A stretch of DNA of 39,228 nucleotides from Trichinella spiralis (Eukaryota): contig NW_003526945.1 in NCBI RefSeq assembly GCF_000181795.1, positions 3,295,513 through 3,334,740 on the forward strand. Reading direction: 5' to 3'. Of the stretch, positions 21,710 to 34,639 are shown piece after piece. The position numbers were made by a program, and so were the translations under genes. Position 1 is the first letter of the stretch; each line of letters opens with the position of its first letter. The notes below the pieces were generated by a model. The model saw nothing but the letters and a program-made list of their open reading frames with translations, did no database searches and was not told the origin of the DNA.

Positions 21710-24700
21710 AATCTTCTTCATTTTCTTTAACCCGAATAAGGTTCAATTAAAAGAAAAAATACTTTAAGATTATTTTACATTGAATATTGCATTTCTATTT
21801 TTAGATAAGGAAGATGATTCGCCGTTCAGTAAAAATCCAATGTATTACAGTAATAAAAGCAATGTCAGTATGGCAGGAAGCAGCAGTTCAAGCAACTCTG
21901 CCAAGTTGGACGTTGCAATGAACGGAAAGCCGGAAAGAAAATTGTCTCTGGGGACGGTAATACTGTTTTTATTAATATTAATATTTTTTGATTTGTATAG
22001 TTAAGTTTGTACACACGTAATCCGTAAAGAAAGGAAGAATTTAAAAAAATGTTATAATTTGAATAATAATAATAAGTGTTCATGTAATGTAATGTAATGT
22101 AATGTAATGCGGAAACATGTATATATCAATGTGTGCATGTGTGTGTGTGTGTGTGTGTTGGATAATGATTTTTTGAAATATTTTATTATTTGGGAAGTGA
22201 ATTTTTTTTATTTTTTAAAGAGTATCCAAGGAAAACAAAAATCAAATTAAGTTTTATTGTTGATCACAATCGCTTGAATATGCCTTCTTAAAGCTATTAA
22301 TGAAAGTGACGGCCAGAAACAAGAAAGTGAAGTGTTTTTGAACACTTATTACATTTTTCGCAGTTAAAATGCTCTTGCGTCTGCTTTGCGTTGCCAGTTG
22401 TGAGTTCAGTTTTTGAGGAAGGGAACAATTTGTTGGTGGTTTTTATTGCCGCCTATCTTTATTAGCTATTTCAACTGATTTTAATGTCTGTTGGTGGAAA
22501 GCCTCCATTTTGACTTAATGAAAGTTTTTCCAGAAAAATCACTGCCATTGATCTGAACTGCAGATGCAATGTCTGTCAAGTTAAAAATTTTTAGCGTCGT
22601 TCAATTTTGAAAGATAATCGAAGTTTATAGTCTTTTACTACATGCTTAGATTACTTTTACAGCTTGCTTGCTTGCCTGCTTGCGTAAAAGGCAAACTTTG
22701 CTGAATTCCCCTTCTGACACAGTGCAACAAAAGTAGATAGATAGTTTCTTGTTTCTATAAGAAACTAATCTTGAACTTTTTGCTAAGTTTACTTTCTGAT
22801 AGACCCACTCTGATAAAATGCCTTACTTTGAAACGTTTTGCTAATTTTGACGCGATTCAAGAGAAAGCGTTTCATCATTTCACCAAGGTGGTTATTTGTT
22901 GAATGGCTAGGCTTTGCAAGAAAAAGCAAGTAAGTAATTTACATATTAATTTTTCCCATATTTATTATATAATATAATATAATGCAAGTTTGCGTTCTAA
23001 TTTAAATATTTGATCATCATAAACAACGTTCGTCATTGATAATTGTAATCGACGTAGCAAGGATAAATAAAGTTGCTTAACTGTTGTTTGTTGTTGCTTA
23101 TTATTATTACAGTTTAATATACTATAGTGTATTATTGTTGAACAGGACTGTTTTTTTCTTTGAAAACTTTTAAACGATATATTTGCTTATTCATCACATT
23201 AAACCAAAAACTTTTTTAAGCTGTCAAACTTGTTCGTATCACTTACTTGTTTGTGTAAAGAAAATTCTACAACTGGAAATTAATTATACCATTGGTTGAT
23301 CATTAGTAAAGAATAGAGCAATTTGAATTTTTTTATTAATTATTATTATTATTATTACACAGGGTATATATTTTTTTTGTTCTCAGAAACTGTAATAAAA
23401 AGCTAATTTTGGCATAGTGAAGAAAAAGATATGTTTGTAGCAGTTGAAGTATTTAGAAAGAAGATACTCACACACACACACACACACTTTCTCTCTCTGA
23501 GCTAGTAATAATAACTGGTTACTAAAGCATTTAAACGGCAAAAACATTATGCATTATCAAGAATCTTAGCATGTCTTTGAATTTGATAGTTGACATGACA
23601 TATTCTTACATATTACATGCATCGCGTTATATTAAACTAAACAATCGTTGACAGTGCATTTGAAATGCTTAATTACGTAAAAATTTTAAACATAATTTAC
23701 ATTTATGAAATGAAAAAGAATTTTAAAATAACTTAACAAAACTTGTGGTTGAAAAGTTTTGCAATATTTAGTAAATTTCCGATGTTGAACTTGTATATTT
23801 TGTGCAAATTTGAATTGTAAAAAGTTGAACCATTATTATTATTATTCTTGTTATTAAAGAAAATTATTAATAGTGAATTAAAAGAAAATATTTATTCATA
23901 GTCTAAATATCTCGATGTCGAGCTTATGTATATATGTATCAATGTAGCGATGTTGATTTCTTGAAAAGAAATTAAATAACATGTTAAAATGTCGTTGTTG
24001 GCTATTTTCAATGTTAACCTTGAAACCTTGTTTTTGTTTTTGCAGACAAAAGTTTATTTTCATTGTTAAGAGTAAAAATGCATGCATTTATTTCAGTAGT
24101 TGGGAAAACTGAAACTTATTCATCCGTAAAAATTGCCTGCTTTGTAGCAATTGAGCAAGTTGCATCCGTGCATATATAAATACATACATAGATGCATACA
24201 TACATATATATATATATGCACACACATAAATAAATAAATAAATATACAGAGTCCGGTTTCAGATGAATTACTTTGCAAAAATTAAAAATAATGGCAGTTT
24301 TAAATTGCTAAAGCTTACTGTAAACTGCTCTGCCGTAGCCGGTTCTTATTACTTGAACTTGGCGTGGCATTTAGCGTCTGGCAGAGTTAGACGTTATTTC
24401 TAAATGGCCACTTTGATATGACAAGTTGTGCCCTAGAGGAAATAGCGGTCGCTTGTAATATGTGCCTTTCCAGTATAATGTTCGTGTCTTCCTCAAAACG
24501 TTGAAATCCATTTTGAAGCATTTAGGCCGCCTAGTGTTTTGACCGTATTTGATCAGCATACTTTTTCTTGCGCTTTCAAACGTACACACTAATCAAACAG
24601 CACAACCAGACAAGACAGGGCCAACGACGCCCTGCAGTTTAAAATTATTCTTCTTCAATATATATATATTTTATTTTTTTTTCATTTTCATTGTTTACCA

Positions 24701-27700
24701 TGCAAGACGTGTAGTGTGTGACTTTCTTTTCAGATTTCCAAGCGCAAAAGCGAAAAGCTGGCATTAATCAACGAGCCCGGCGGTCACGTCGAAAGAACAG
24801 ACAACATGCTCAACAGCACTGATGCCACTTTATTGTTAACCGCTTCAATGGCACCTGGCACGGATTCGATCAGCGGCCGCAAGGAACGTTCCCGCTCTCA
24901 CGGACGTTTAAGTCAAATTTTCCCCAATCCATTCAAAGTGGTATATATTGAAATTTTATTTGCAAAAAAAAGAATTATTGCATGCTGTTTGTCTGTTTTT
25001 GTTCAGGTGGACCGTGCTGAAATATTGGACAATCTTATCGAATTGCAAGAAGAGGGTCTGCATACGGCTGCCAGCTTGTTGCAAGATCCAAGCATACCGT
25101 CTTCGCATAAAATTTTAGCGTTGGAAGATCGTTGGCAAGATATTGTGAAAAATAATGAAGTAGAAGCGAATTTCTTTTTTTTTTAGTTTTCATATTTACA
25201 TTAATTATTTTCATTAATCAGGATTTGAACAGAAAACAGCAAAAGCAACAGGAAGGTCTGTGGGAGTTGATCTCTACAGAGTTGGATTACATTTGCAAAT
25301 TGGGCTCCATTGTCGAATTGCAAAGCTGTGTTGTCTCGTTGCAACAAGAAGGCATTGGTCACGACATTGAAGTGGACAGCGTTTTTGGAAATATCGGCGA
25401 AATATGCCGAGCGAATTTGGGATTTTGGGTACACTGCGTACTGCCGTTGTTGCAGTTTACCAGACAAACCGGTGAGCCGCTGGATCCGACAAAAATGGAA
25501 CTTGGCTTTCAGAAATTTGACCAATTATTTCGTCCCTATATACCATATTGTCTTTCTCACGTCGACATCTTATGCTACATTCGTCAAAAGTTGAAAGAAA
25601 GCGACTTTTTCAGAGATTTAATTGTCGTAAGTAGTAAATTTTATTTCATTTCTATTCTATTTAAAAAATCGAATAAGCATGTAATTGCAATTTGCAGCGG
25701 CTTAATTTCATCACTGCTAGTATTATTCTTGTCCATAGCAGCTTTTGTAATATAAAATAAAGTGATTTCAAGGAAAGAATAGCAAGAAGTAAAATTGTGA
25801 GTAAAATTTAAATTCTTTTGTTTTTTTTTCATAGTGGATTCAATCAAGAAAAGCTTTCGGCCGTCTGCATTTGACTGATTTGTTGGCAAAACCAATGCAA
25901 CGTCTAACAAAATATCCTCTGCTACTGAAAGCGGTACTCCACAATACAATAGATTCTTCAAGCAAAGCATCGTTGACTAATATGGTGAGCTATTTTTGGT
26001 GTTTTTTTCTTTTCTTACTATACCTATTCATTAAGCATTGTGTTATCTCAGCCAACAATAAGACAGTTTTTGATTTCTGTTTTGAAATTATAAAATTTTC
26101 GCCAACAACAGACAAACTTCCGAAACAAACTTTGCATATCATATCTAATTTTTACACGTTCTTTTAACATTTACAGTAAGTACAAATATAAAATTTAAAT
26201 ATACTATTGTACTACAATGAAAAATAATATATCTAATGAAAGAGAACTTCCAAATTTGATATTGCATATATGCAGCAAATTTTTCTTCTGTCAGTCATTT
26301 CGATTCGATTAGAACATTTCAGCAGCTTTGTCACTAATATTAAATGATATAAATAAGATTTGCAATCCATTAAGGTTATCAATTTTTCTGATTCAATTAT
26401 AGTTAGTTGCTCCACTAGTGCTAACTGTTTTTCTTCTATCCAATGAGAAAGAAAAAATAATTAAATTGTGTCTGAGCTACAACTATTTCTGTTCAGTTAT
26501 GTAAAATGTTATTTATTACTGTTGAAAGGATTATGAGGAATTAAGAACACTTGATTGCTTTGTTTTTCCTCAGAATTAAATATTAATCAAGTTACAAGTA
26601 GTTTTTTTAATGTATTACTACCATTGCAAAGTTACTTCACTCAAAATTGTACAGTATGTCAAGATCAGAGGAAAATGTGCTCGCTCAGAATGCCCAGCTT
26701 GTGCTAGTTTTCATTCTTGTGCATCAAATTCTGCAATTTGAGTTGTAATAAAACTGGCTGACTTGATTAATCAGTTCAATTTCTTCTTCTTCTTGTTCAA
26801 AGTTGTAATTACATTACTGATTGGATTAAATTATCGATTACATTTGTATCTGTATTAATATTAAACTAAAATGAAATATGGAAATACAATAATATATTAT
26901 AAATAAACAAAAAACATAAAAATATTTCCTTCTTGTTATATTCATTCAGTGGTCAATGAGTCGATCTGTTGCATATGTTCAGATATTGCTATATTACTGC
27001 TTGATATGCTTAAGCTTTCTTGTCATCGTCGTCGTTGTTCTTGTTGTTGTTGTTTACAAGCTTGTTGTAATTCTTGCCAATAAACTAACTGTATTGTCAA
27101 TGAACGTTCAACCAACAAATGTATTTATTAATTAATTGTTCATCGTTTTCTATTTTATTCTATTGTTAAATTGTAATGCTTTATTTTGCAGAAAATAGCC
27201 CAACAATGAATGGCTGAATTACTTTTAAATTAAATATTGAATTTCTTCAGAAAAGATATTTTTACTTATTTCGATATTTTAAGGGTCGTTGTCAATTCAT
27301 AAATTGTAAACAGTTTTGTCCATATTGTTTCATCTCTTCAATAATTTGCTGACTCGTTTGATACTGTATCTGATGAGGTTGACTGTAAACTTGTATACAT
27401 TCAAAATTATGCGCTTATTATTTAATTTGAAAATTATTGTTATAGCAGATTTTTCAATTATTAATTGATCTGATATTTTTTGTAGATTGAAAAAGCCGAA
27501 GAATTCGCTTCGCGTGTGAACATCGAACTTTGCTTCAAACAACACTACGATGCACTTTGTTCAATTATGCAATGCATCGATAGTTACGAAGCAATTGATT
27601 CCGCAAATGACGAGCTTGAAAAATTTGTCAAAGAATTTTCTGTGGTGGATTTGACTTTGCCAATGCCCGACTGCAGACCTGGTCTTCTACGTCGACAATT

Positions 27701-29944
27701 GATGAGAGGCGAATTGCGAATGAGAGAAAGCTATACCAAAGTTTGTCATTAAAATAATTATTTCTTGTATCTCCATTTTAATTTAGAAATTCCGTTTAAA
27801 TTTTTAGACGGATGTTACTTGCATTCTTTTCACTGACATGCTGCTCGTCTGCAAGCAGACAGCACGTAAAGGTGATCGTCCGAGAGTGAAAATCATTCGA
27901 CCCCCGTATGATGTAGAGAATGTTGTGGTGAAGAAATTGCGAGAGTCGAGTACGAACGAATAAATTTCCATTCACATTTCATTTCGTCCATCTATTTATT
28001 CATAATATCTATGTAAATGTTGACCTCATTTTAGATGGATTCATGTTTCTTTATTTAAACAAGTTTCGAGTAGCCGCTTATGCTTGCGTTTTCCACACAA
28101 GTTCGCTCGAAGATACGTACCGGTGGCTAGAGGCATTTCACACAGCCAAGGTTGGTGGGTTGAGACGAAAAAATAATTATATAATAATAATAATAATTGT
28201 TATTTTATTTCCCAATAAGTTCTCCTTTTTGATGCCACGCAGACCAGCGTAATAGATTTATTCGATTATGCATGTAAGAGTGTTTTTAAATATGATGAAT
28301 TCATTCTCATTGAACTTCATAATTTGGTGGCATCGAGTTCAATTGAAAAGTTTATCTGTTTCAAATTTGCTTAAGCATAAATATTTAAAAAAACTGAGCA
28401 GCAGCATTGCATTTATTTATGTTACTTTAGGAAGAATATGGATATTTACGAACAATAGATCATGCAGGCTATGGTTTTCCACCGAACTTGAAGCCAAGTG
28501 CAGAAAAAATGGCAGAAACTGTTCGCATGATACCAGCAGAAATGAAGCCACTAAATGACGCTTCATATACTAGCAGTTCGTACAGGGGATCGTTGGCAAA
28601 AAGAATTGCTGCAGCTCGTCAAGATCGTATTATTCCTTGCCGTCGAACGAGCATGGGCGCAGTGGATTGTCGTACCAGTGGACCTGCTTCTGCAATGGAT
28701 GTCAGTCATCGAAAATGCAACAGTATGGATACCACAACTTTACCTTCAAATGAATGTCGCACTGAGCAAGCACGTCGCAAGCTCTCGGATAAAGGGATAA
28801 AGTTGGCTGAACAATTGCCATCAGAATTGTTCTCTCCATATGCGGCTTCAGCAGCGATCGACAATGTCAACAACCGTTTATATGAAGCTGTTGAACCAGC
28901 CGTTGATACGGATCAGTTGAAGCATTGTTATCCAAGTACAAAATTGGAACCAACGAAAGCAGACGCAGCTGGTCCACGATCCCCGTTCAATCTACCCAAC
29001 TTTTTTCCAGTGCAGCGAATGTTCCCGGTAGATGTGGCACATCACGGTAAATCGAAACGAGACGACACGATAATAAATCCCACATATCACCATCAGCAAG
29101 ATGAATCACTGTCTTGGATGCAGCAGATTAGTGAATTGGGAAATTTTTCATTGTCTAGCCGACGATTGGAACGTCGTTATCATACAGCTGATGGCATTGA
29201 AGTTTTGAAACCGAAAAGCATGCCAACTGCAAATATTCTGAAAAGATTCTCGTGGAGCACCGCTGCTGGAACGTCTGGTTTAGCTCGAGCTCGACAGTCT
29301 GGAGCTAGCCATACCACCTGTCGAAAAGCAAGTTCCAGTACGGCTAGCTCTGAATCGTGCTGCAGCTCATCGGGCATCTCAAGCAGTAGTTCTCATTTGC
29401 AAGCAAGTCAGAGTGAAAATGAACTACTGTTGGAAGCACCGTTGCAAGCATTTCGCGATGTCATCAAAAGCCGAAAGCTGTCTTTTGCTCCACCATCTGG
29501 AGCAACTGACGTCGATAATTTGCTGCAAGATCCGACCAAAATTAACAGACACATTTCGTCTGTATTTGTTGGCGATGCTACTGCAGAACAAACTCAACAA
29601 CCTGCATCACCATCCACTGCATCCACATCTTCATCGTGCACTATTTGTCCCACTAGATTTGACAAAGCAAATCGAGAAACTGATAATGAAGATGAAGCAG
29701 AACGTGATTACGCTTCTGACGAGCATACTGCTACAACAAAAGCATCGCATACTAGTAGCAGCACTGATGAAAGTTCAGCACCAACTGCAAGCTTGCGACG
29801 ACGAGGACGTCCACGTGAAGATTTGTTCAAAATTATTTTAGAAGCACAACTTGAATCATCGTAAGAATTTTACAAAAATTTAATTTCAATTTTTCAAAAT
29901 TATTATCATGCGTATTATTGTTGATTTTATTTAGAAATGTTTAA
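17380..29944 (+). CDS. PLEKHG5: PLEKHG5/Syx/RHGF-2-like Rho guanine-nucleotide exchange factor (RBD-like, DH, PH, long disordered tail, C-terminal PDZ ligand); about 1191 aa in the longest model
   Basis: Exons: 17380-17493 (tentative first exon), 20415-20585, 21326-21599 (RBD-like, VFLKSSNTPLPL....FLGG), 21805-21956, 24734-24937, 25007-25159, 25222-25626 (DH, QQEGLWELISTELDY), 25835-25984 (LTDLLAKPMQRLTKYPLLLKAVL), 27486-27740, 27808-27949 (PH, CILFTDMLLVCK), 28035-28150, 28431-29860, 29935-29944. All phases are compatible and the total of 3576 nt is a multiple of 3. The 5' end is uncertain. Confidence 0.88.
21658..21725. repeat. Perfect 68-bp palindrome: 19-bp arms around (TA)15
   Basis: GAAAATGAAGAAGATTCAA (21658-21676), then (TA)15, then TTGAATCTTCTTCATTTTC (21707-21725), within RhoGEF intron 21600-21804. 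Confidence 0.95.
22082..22158. repeat. Compound microsatellite (AATGT)n plus (GT)n
   Basis: About 5 copies of AATGT followed by about 10 GT dinucleotides, read directly. Confidence 0.85.
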
Positions 29945-30082
29945 CCGCCATACATAACCGCTTTTCAAAAAACATAGATATGATGTATTCAACTTTTTTT
30001 GCCTTTCCCTGTTTCTCTTTTGATGGTGTGTGATTCCACAGCATGAAGCAGTCAATTTGAAGTACCAGAGCAGTTTTCATCG

Positions 30083-30083
<1 letters not shown>

Positions 30084-30155
<72 letters not shown>
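30084..30155. repeat. (TA)36 microsatellite, probably in the RhoGEF 3' UTR
   Basis: Uninterrupted TA run. It explains the YIYIYI ORFs on both strands. Confidence 0.97.
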
Positions 30156-30157
<2 letters not shown>

Positions 30158-33100
30158 GGTAGACGGCACTGCTTGGATCAAGCCAATCATTGCCAGCCAG
30201 CATTGCATTCAATTAATCATTTATCCTTTTTATTCAAATTTAGATTACTGAAAAACGGGAAACTTTTTCTGCTTGACTAACACTGATCCGTAATAAATAA
30301 AGCTTTTCTCTTTATAATAAACTTTTTGGAGAAAGCAGCTGACACTGTGACAAAAAATTGTAAAACAAAACAAAAAGAAATATATAATTTTTAGCATTGC
30401 TGCATATTTAGTGTTGCTTAAAAAATTTATTAATATATAAACTGAAATGTAAAAAATTGAGCAACAGTTTGAAGCTTCTCTTTGTGCGTACGTAATAAAA
30501 CCACTCGAACAGAGAAAAAAAAGACATTTTGCTCGTGCAAACGCAAGCACATCGAACACTATGCAATTAGCGATGTCGATTAGCTCGTCTATATGATCAT
30601 CGACTCATGAGGAGCTTTATGCAAATTCACGGTGCTGTTCACTCTCCCCTCTGGTTCTTTACAATGATAAATTGAATAATTGAATTGCGCATTCTGTCTA
30701 CTAAAATATCTTGCCATCCGCTGTATAAATTTTTATCTTTTTACGAGAAAATTTTGACAATGATGATGATTATTATTATCATTGATAATAGCAAACTGAA
30801 GTGTGCAAATAGCCAATTTTACTTTATCAGTAAGTAAATTAATGCAAAGTCTTAAGTCACATTAATTTTGAAAGTAATGTAAGATGACTGTTTTGCCAAA
30901 TAACATTTATTGTGTATGTAATGTTGCTGTTTCTTCTAGCAACACTCTCATCAGTAAAGTGATGTAATATGTAAAAATCAGAGGTGACTATGTATGTATG
31001 ACCAGCGAATTTGTGCCATAGAACAAACCATAATTGGCTTGTCGGCTTGGTCAAGAATGTGAAGCGATTATCCTTTGTTCAACGGCTCTACGGCAAGCGT
31101 TGTGTAGTAGCAAGCAAGTGATATGGATGTACAATGTTGGAACTTAATTAAGCTAACAGAAACGATGCCCAATAGTCCACTGCAATAACCTTAAGAGTGA
31201 AGGGTTAATTGGTGAAGAAACAATAGAATGACAAAGTGACAAAAAGATTAAATATTTGATGCATTTCAGTATTAATTGCTATTTCGTTCAAGTAAACATG
31301 CAGTTAATCAGAAGAAATGTTACAAAACAGTTCAACAGACAGCATCATCTATTCGCTTCAAGTGGAGAAGATTATTATTACTACACATATTGTCCAGAAA
31401 AGTTATAACTTTAAACGTCACCAGACTCAGAAAAGAGGGGTTGAACTACTGATAGATAGATTACATTATTTAAAAAAGCTCCCTCTTGAATAAATCTTGA
31501 TGAAGGGAAATATTCTAATTTTTCAATGACTCCAAGAAAAATTAATGCGCCCGGACAAATATTCTGATGATAAAAATGCATATTTATCAAGAGCAAGCAA
31601 ATGCTGATAAAAAACAACATGCGTAAACAACGTCTTCGCTCATTTTGGTGTGAATAGACGTGTTATTCATCTGTGTAAATGAAATATTTATTATGATTGT
31701 AAATTTATTTGAAATGTGAGATTGAAAATTTTGTTTGCTTCAGCTAAGTGTTCAATTTTGTCACATTGTTGTAAAGCTGCTAAAATGAAAGTGCACAATG
31801 TTTCTTTGAAATGATGAATATTTCTTTCTACCAATAAGTAAGCAGAAGCAAAAGGCATTGTTCAAAGCATTATATATATATATATAATTTGCATTGCTAT
31901 CAGGTCGTCGTTGAGCAGTGAACATTAAAGGAGATTGAATCGCTCCGTTGACGATCAACGTGACCGATTGACTGCTTTGTACACTGCAAACATTTCATTC
32001 TGCTTTGAATTTGCATCTCAACTTTGAAAAACACTGCCCACCCTATCTGCCCTAACCAGGAGTAAATTTGAACAATTTGTCATTTAAACTTGATTATCTG
32101 ATTTTACCGTAGTACTTTTCATTTTTTAGATGTTTTTTTTGTACAGCAATTAACCCATTTTTTCAAGTAATTATTGAATGACTTGCAACTTTTTAATTTT
32201 GTTGTTGTTGAAAAATGATAGACAAATGCATGCAGATCAATTTGAAATGTTACTTGATGGCTTTGATTCCGTTGGCTTGTTGAAAAAATTAAGTTAACAT
32301 TTTTTGGCATATTTTGTTTGTAAGCGGTTACTTTCGTCAGCAACACGACACGCTTTTCTTGGTTTTATCTTAATGTTGACTATTCATTTTTAATAAATTA
32401 AAATCGACGCTTCTTTTCAAACGGCCAACTAGGATCTTCTATGCAAGCGTTATTTCTATGCAGAAGCATGAAGCTGACTAATTTCTGATATTGCAGGATG
32501 AGTTTGAATTAATTCACAATAAAATCTTTGACCTTGTTGAGCTCACTGTATCGACAGCACTCCCCAAGGCATGTTTTCAGCAAACAGTTAGCAAATGCAT
32601 GTAAGCATCATGGCACAAAGATCACGGCGATGTTCGAAGAAAGTGCGCCAACTGCAATTTCTGTCTTGTGTCGTGTCCAACGTGCAAGTCGAACTTCCTC
32701 ATTCTTGTGTACTGTTGTTGTTCAAACGCAGACTCAACTTTTCAGCGCAGAATATTACAAAAGGAATATATTTGGCTAGTTCATTATCAAAAATGCGAAA
32801 CTGCACACAACTAATATATTATGTTTTTTTGCGTTAAGCTGAAAATTAAAAGTGAATATTAATGTATGCTGTTCTCGTCACTAAAACAGAACCATTTAGT
32901 GTAGTTGCTATCCAAAAACTTAAACAACTTCTGCTTGAATTATGTTTGAAATTTTGTGAACATTGCGAACGACGGCGAAAACAAAGCAAGTGGACAATCT
33001 CCAACACAATAACCAACAATCAACAATAAATCCATTAAGTCAACTCAGCCAAATTGACCGTCAAGCATCGTCCAGTTGCCCAAAACAAATGTTCAGGTGA

Positions 33101-33642
33101 CGCTACATCTTTGCGAAAGATCCAGATGACTAGTTAGTATTGATTTCAATAAAAATAATGATTTCTATAAATTAAATTATGGATTATTTATTTGTGTAAG
33201 TACCTCTTATCACAATTTATGCTCATTGTACGTTCAGTATGTTGTGATACCATTTACAGTACACATTTTAAAAGTGCTTCTAAAGAATAAATAAGATTTT
33301 AAATATAAATGAATTTAAATGATTAGTTACAAAAATTAGTTTATGTTTTCATTTAAAAACAATAATATCAACAGTGACAAAATGATGTTTCAAGTTATTA
33401 ATTACAGTAAGTGCTTCACATAAAAATCGAATCACCATAAAATATAGAGTTAATTAAAAAAAACTTTTAGTATAATTTAAAAAATGTCTTTTTTTATACT
33501 TTGGTGCCGTTGATTTTGAAAATCTTGTCTAAGTACTCATGCGCAAATTGTATAAACTCTTTTGTATGTTAATCTTCATTTTCATCATACTGTGTTCTTG
33601 ATAAATTTCCTTTCTTAGCGTACTTCTATTGCATTGTTCGAA

Positions 33643-34639
33643 ATGGTTTATAATCCAGACTTTGAAAATGTTGGAATGGCATTTGTTCAGCATTTTTACA
33701 ATCTGTTTGATGTTAGCAACGGTGACCAACGAAAGGCATCAATAGCCGATTTGTATGACGTATGTAATGTCGTTCATTTTCAGGATTCTAAAGTTTTCAT
33801 TGCATCTTTATACATATATGACTTTGCTTGTTTTTGTTATGTTTTACGTTATATATTATGATTCTGTTCTCTTTCTGTTATATTTGTTTGATTTTGATTA
33901 TCATAATTAAATATTTCCATTTCCGATGATTATCCATCGTAAATTTATCAAATCGTGACTTTGTCAAACTGTATTTTTTAACACGGTTTTTTTCCGTAAG
34001 GTTTGTTTTGGTTATAAGTTGTCAGTATTTAAAGTGTTATTTAATGAGACGATGAAATGTTGTTCAATGTTGAAAACTTTTGCATTCCAGAATGAAAATT
34101 CATATGTCACTTTTGAAGGCAATCAAATTAAAGGAAAGAATGCTGTGCTAGAAATGTATGGAGTAAGTATTACACTGCTGCAGTAAATTTAATTGTATTA
34201 CATTGTGTCGTTTTGAGGGTTTGCCGTTTCGAAGCATTCAGCGTGTGTTGACAAAAGTTGACTGCCAACCGCTTGAAGATGGTAGTATTTTGGTCGTGGT
34301 GTTAGGTCAACTGAAAGTTAGTATCTTATTTTTTGAGTAGGAATGATGTAATTTCAAAATTTCTAGTTTTTGTATCGTTTTTTTTACCTATGTAAACTTT
34401 GTACTGCTTGGAGTTTTCAATAGAAAACCGCAGATTGTTTTAAGCTTTAAGTTATGATTTGCGAAAACGAGAATCTGGTTTGGAATGGCAGCTTATTTGT
34501 ATCTTGTATTCTCTTATTTTAGACTGATGATGATCCTCCGCAAGGTTACAATCATACGTTCATTTTACGCCAGCACGCAGGGCATGGACAATATTTCATA
34601 TCGAACGAAGTTTTCCGTCTTAGTTTGCACAACTTGTAA
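33643..34639 (+). CDS. NUTF2: Nuclear transport factor 2 (NTF2, ran-4 homologue), 134 aa, 4 exons
   Basis: Exons 33643-33759, 34091-34162, 34218-34316 and 34523-34639 give MVYNPDFENVGMAFVQHFYNLFD...LYD/NENSYVTFEGNQIKGK.../LPFRSIQRVLTKVDCQP.EDGSILVVVLGQLK/TDDDPPQGYNHTFILR....YFISNEVFRLSLHNL*, a typical NTF2 sequence. Confidence 0.96.

Noticed and set aside
29931..30251. ORFs with YIYIYI tracts on both strands
   Set aside because: Translation of the (TA)36 microsatellite.
30245..33500. Several 65-104 aa ORFs between the RhoGEF and NTF2
   Set aside because: AT-rich composition, no recognisable domain and no consistent exon chain.
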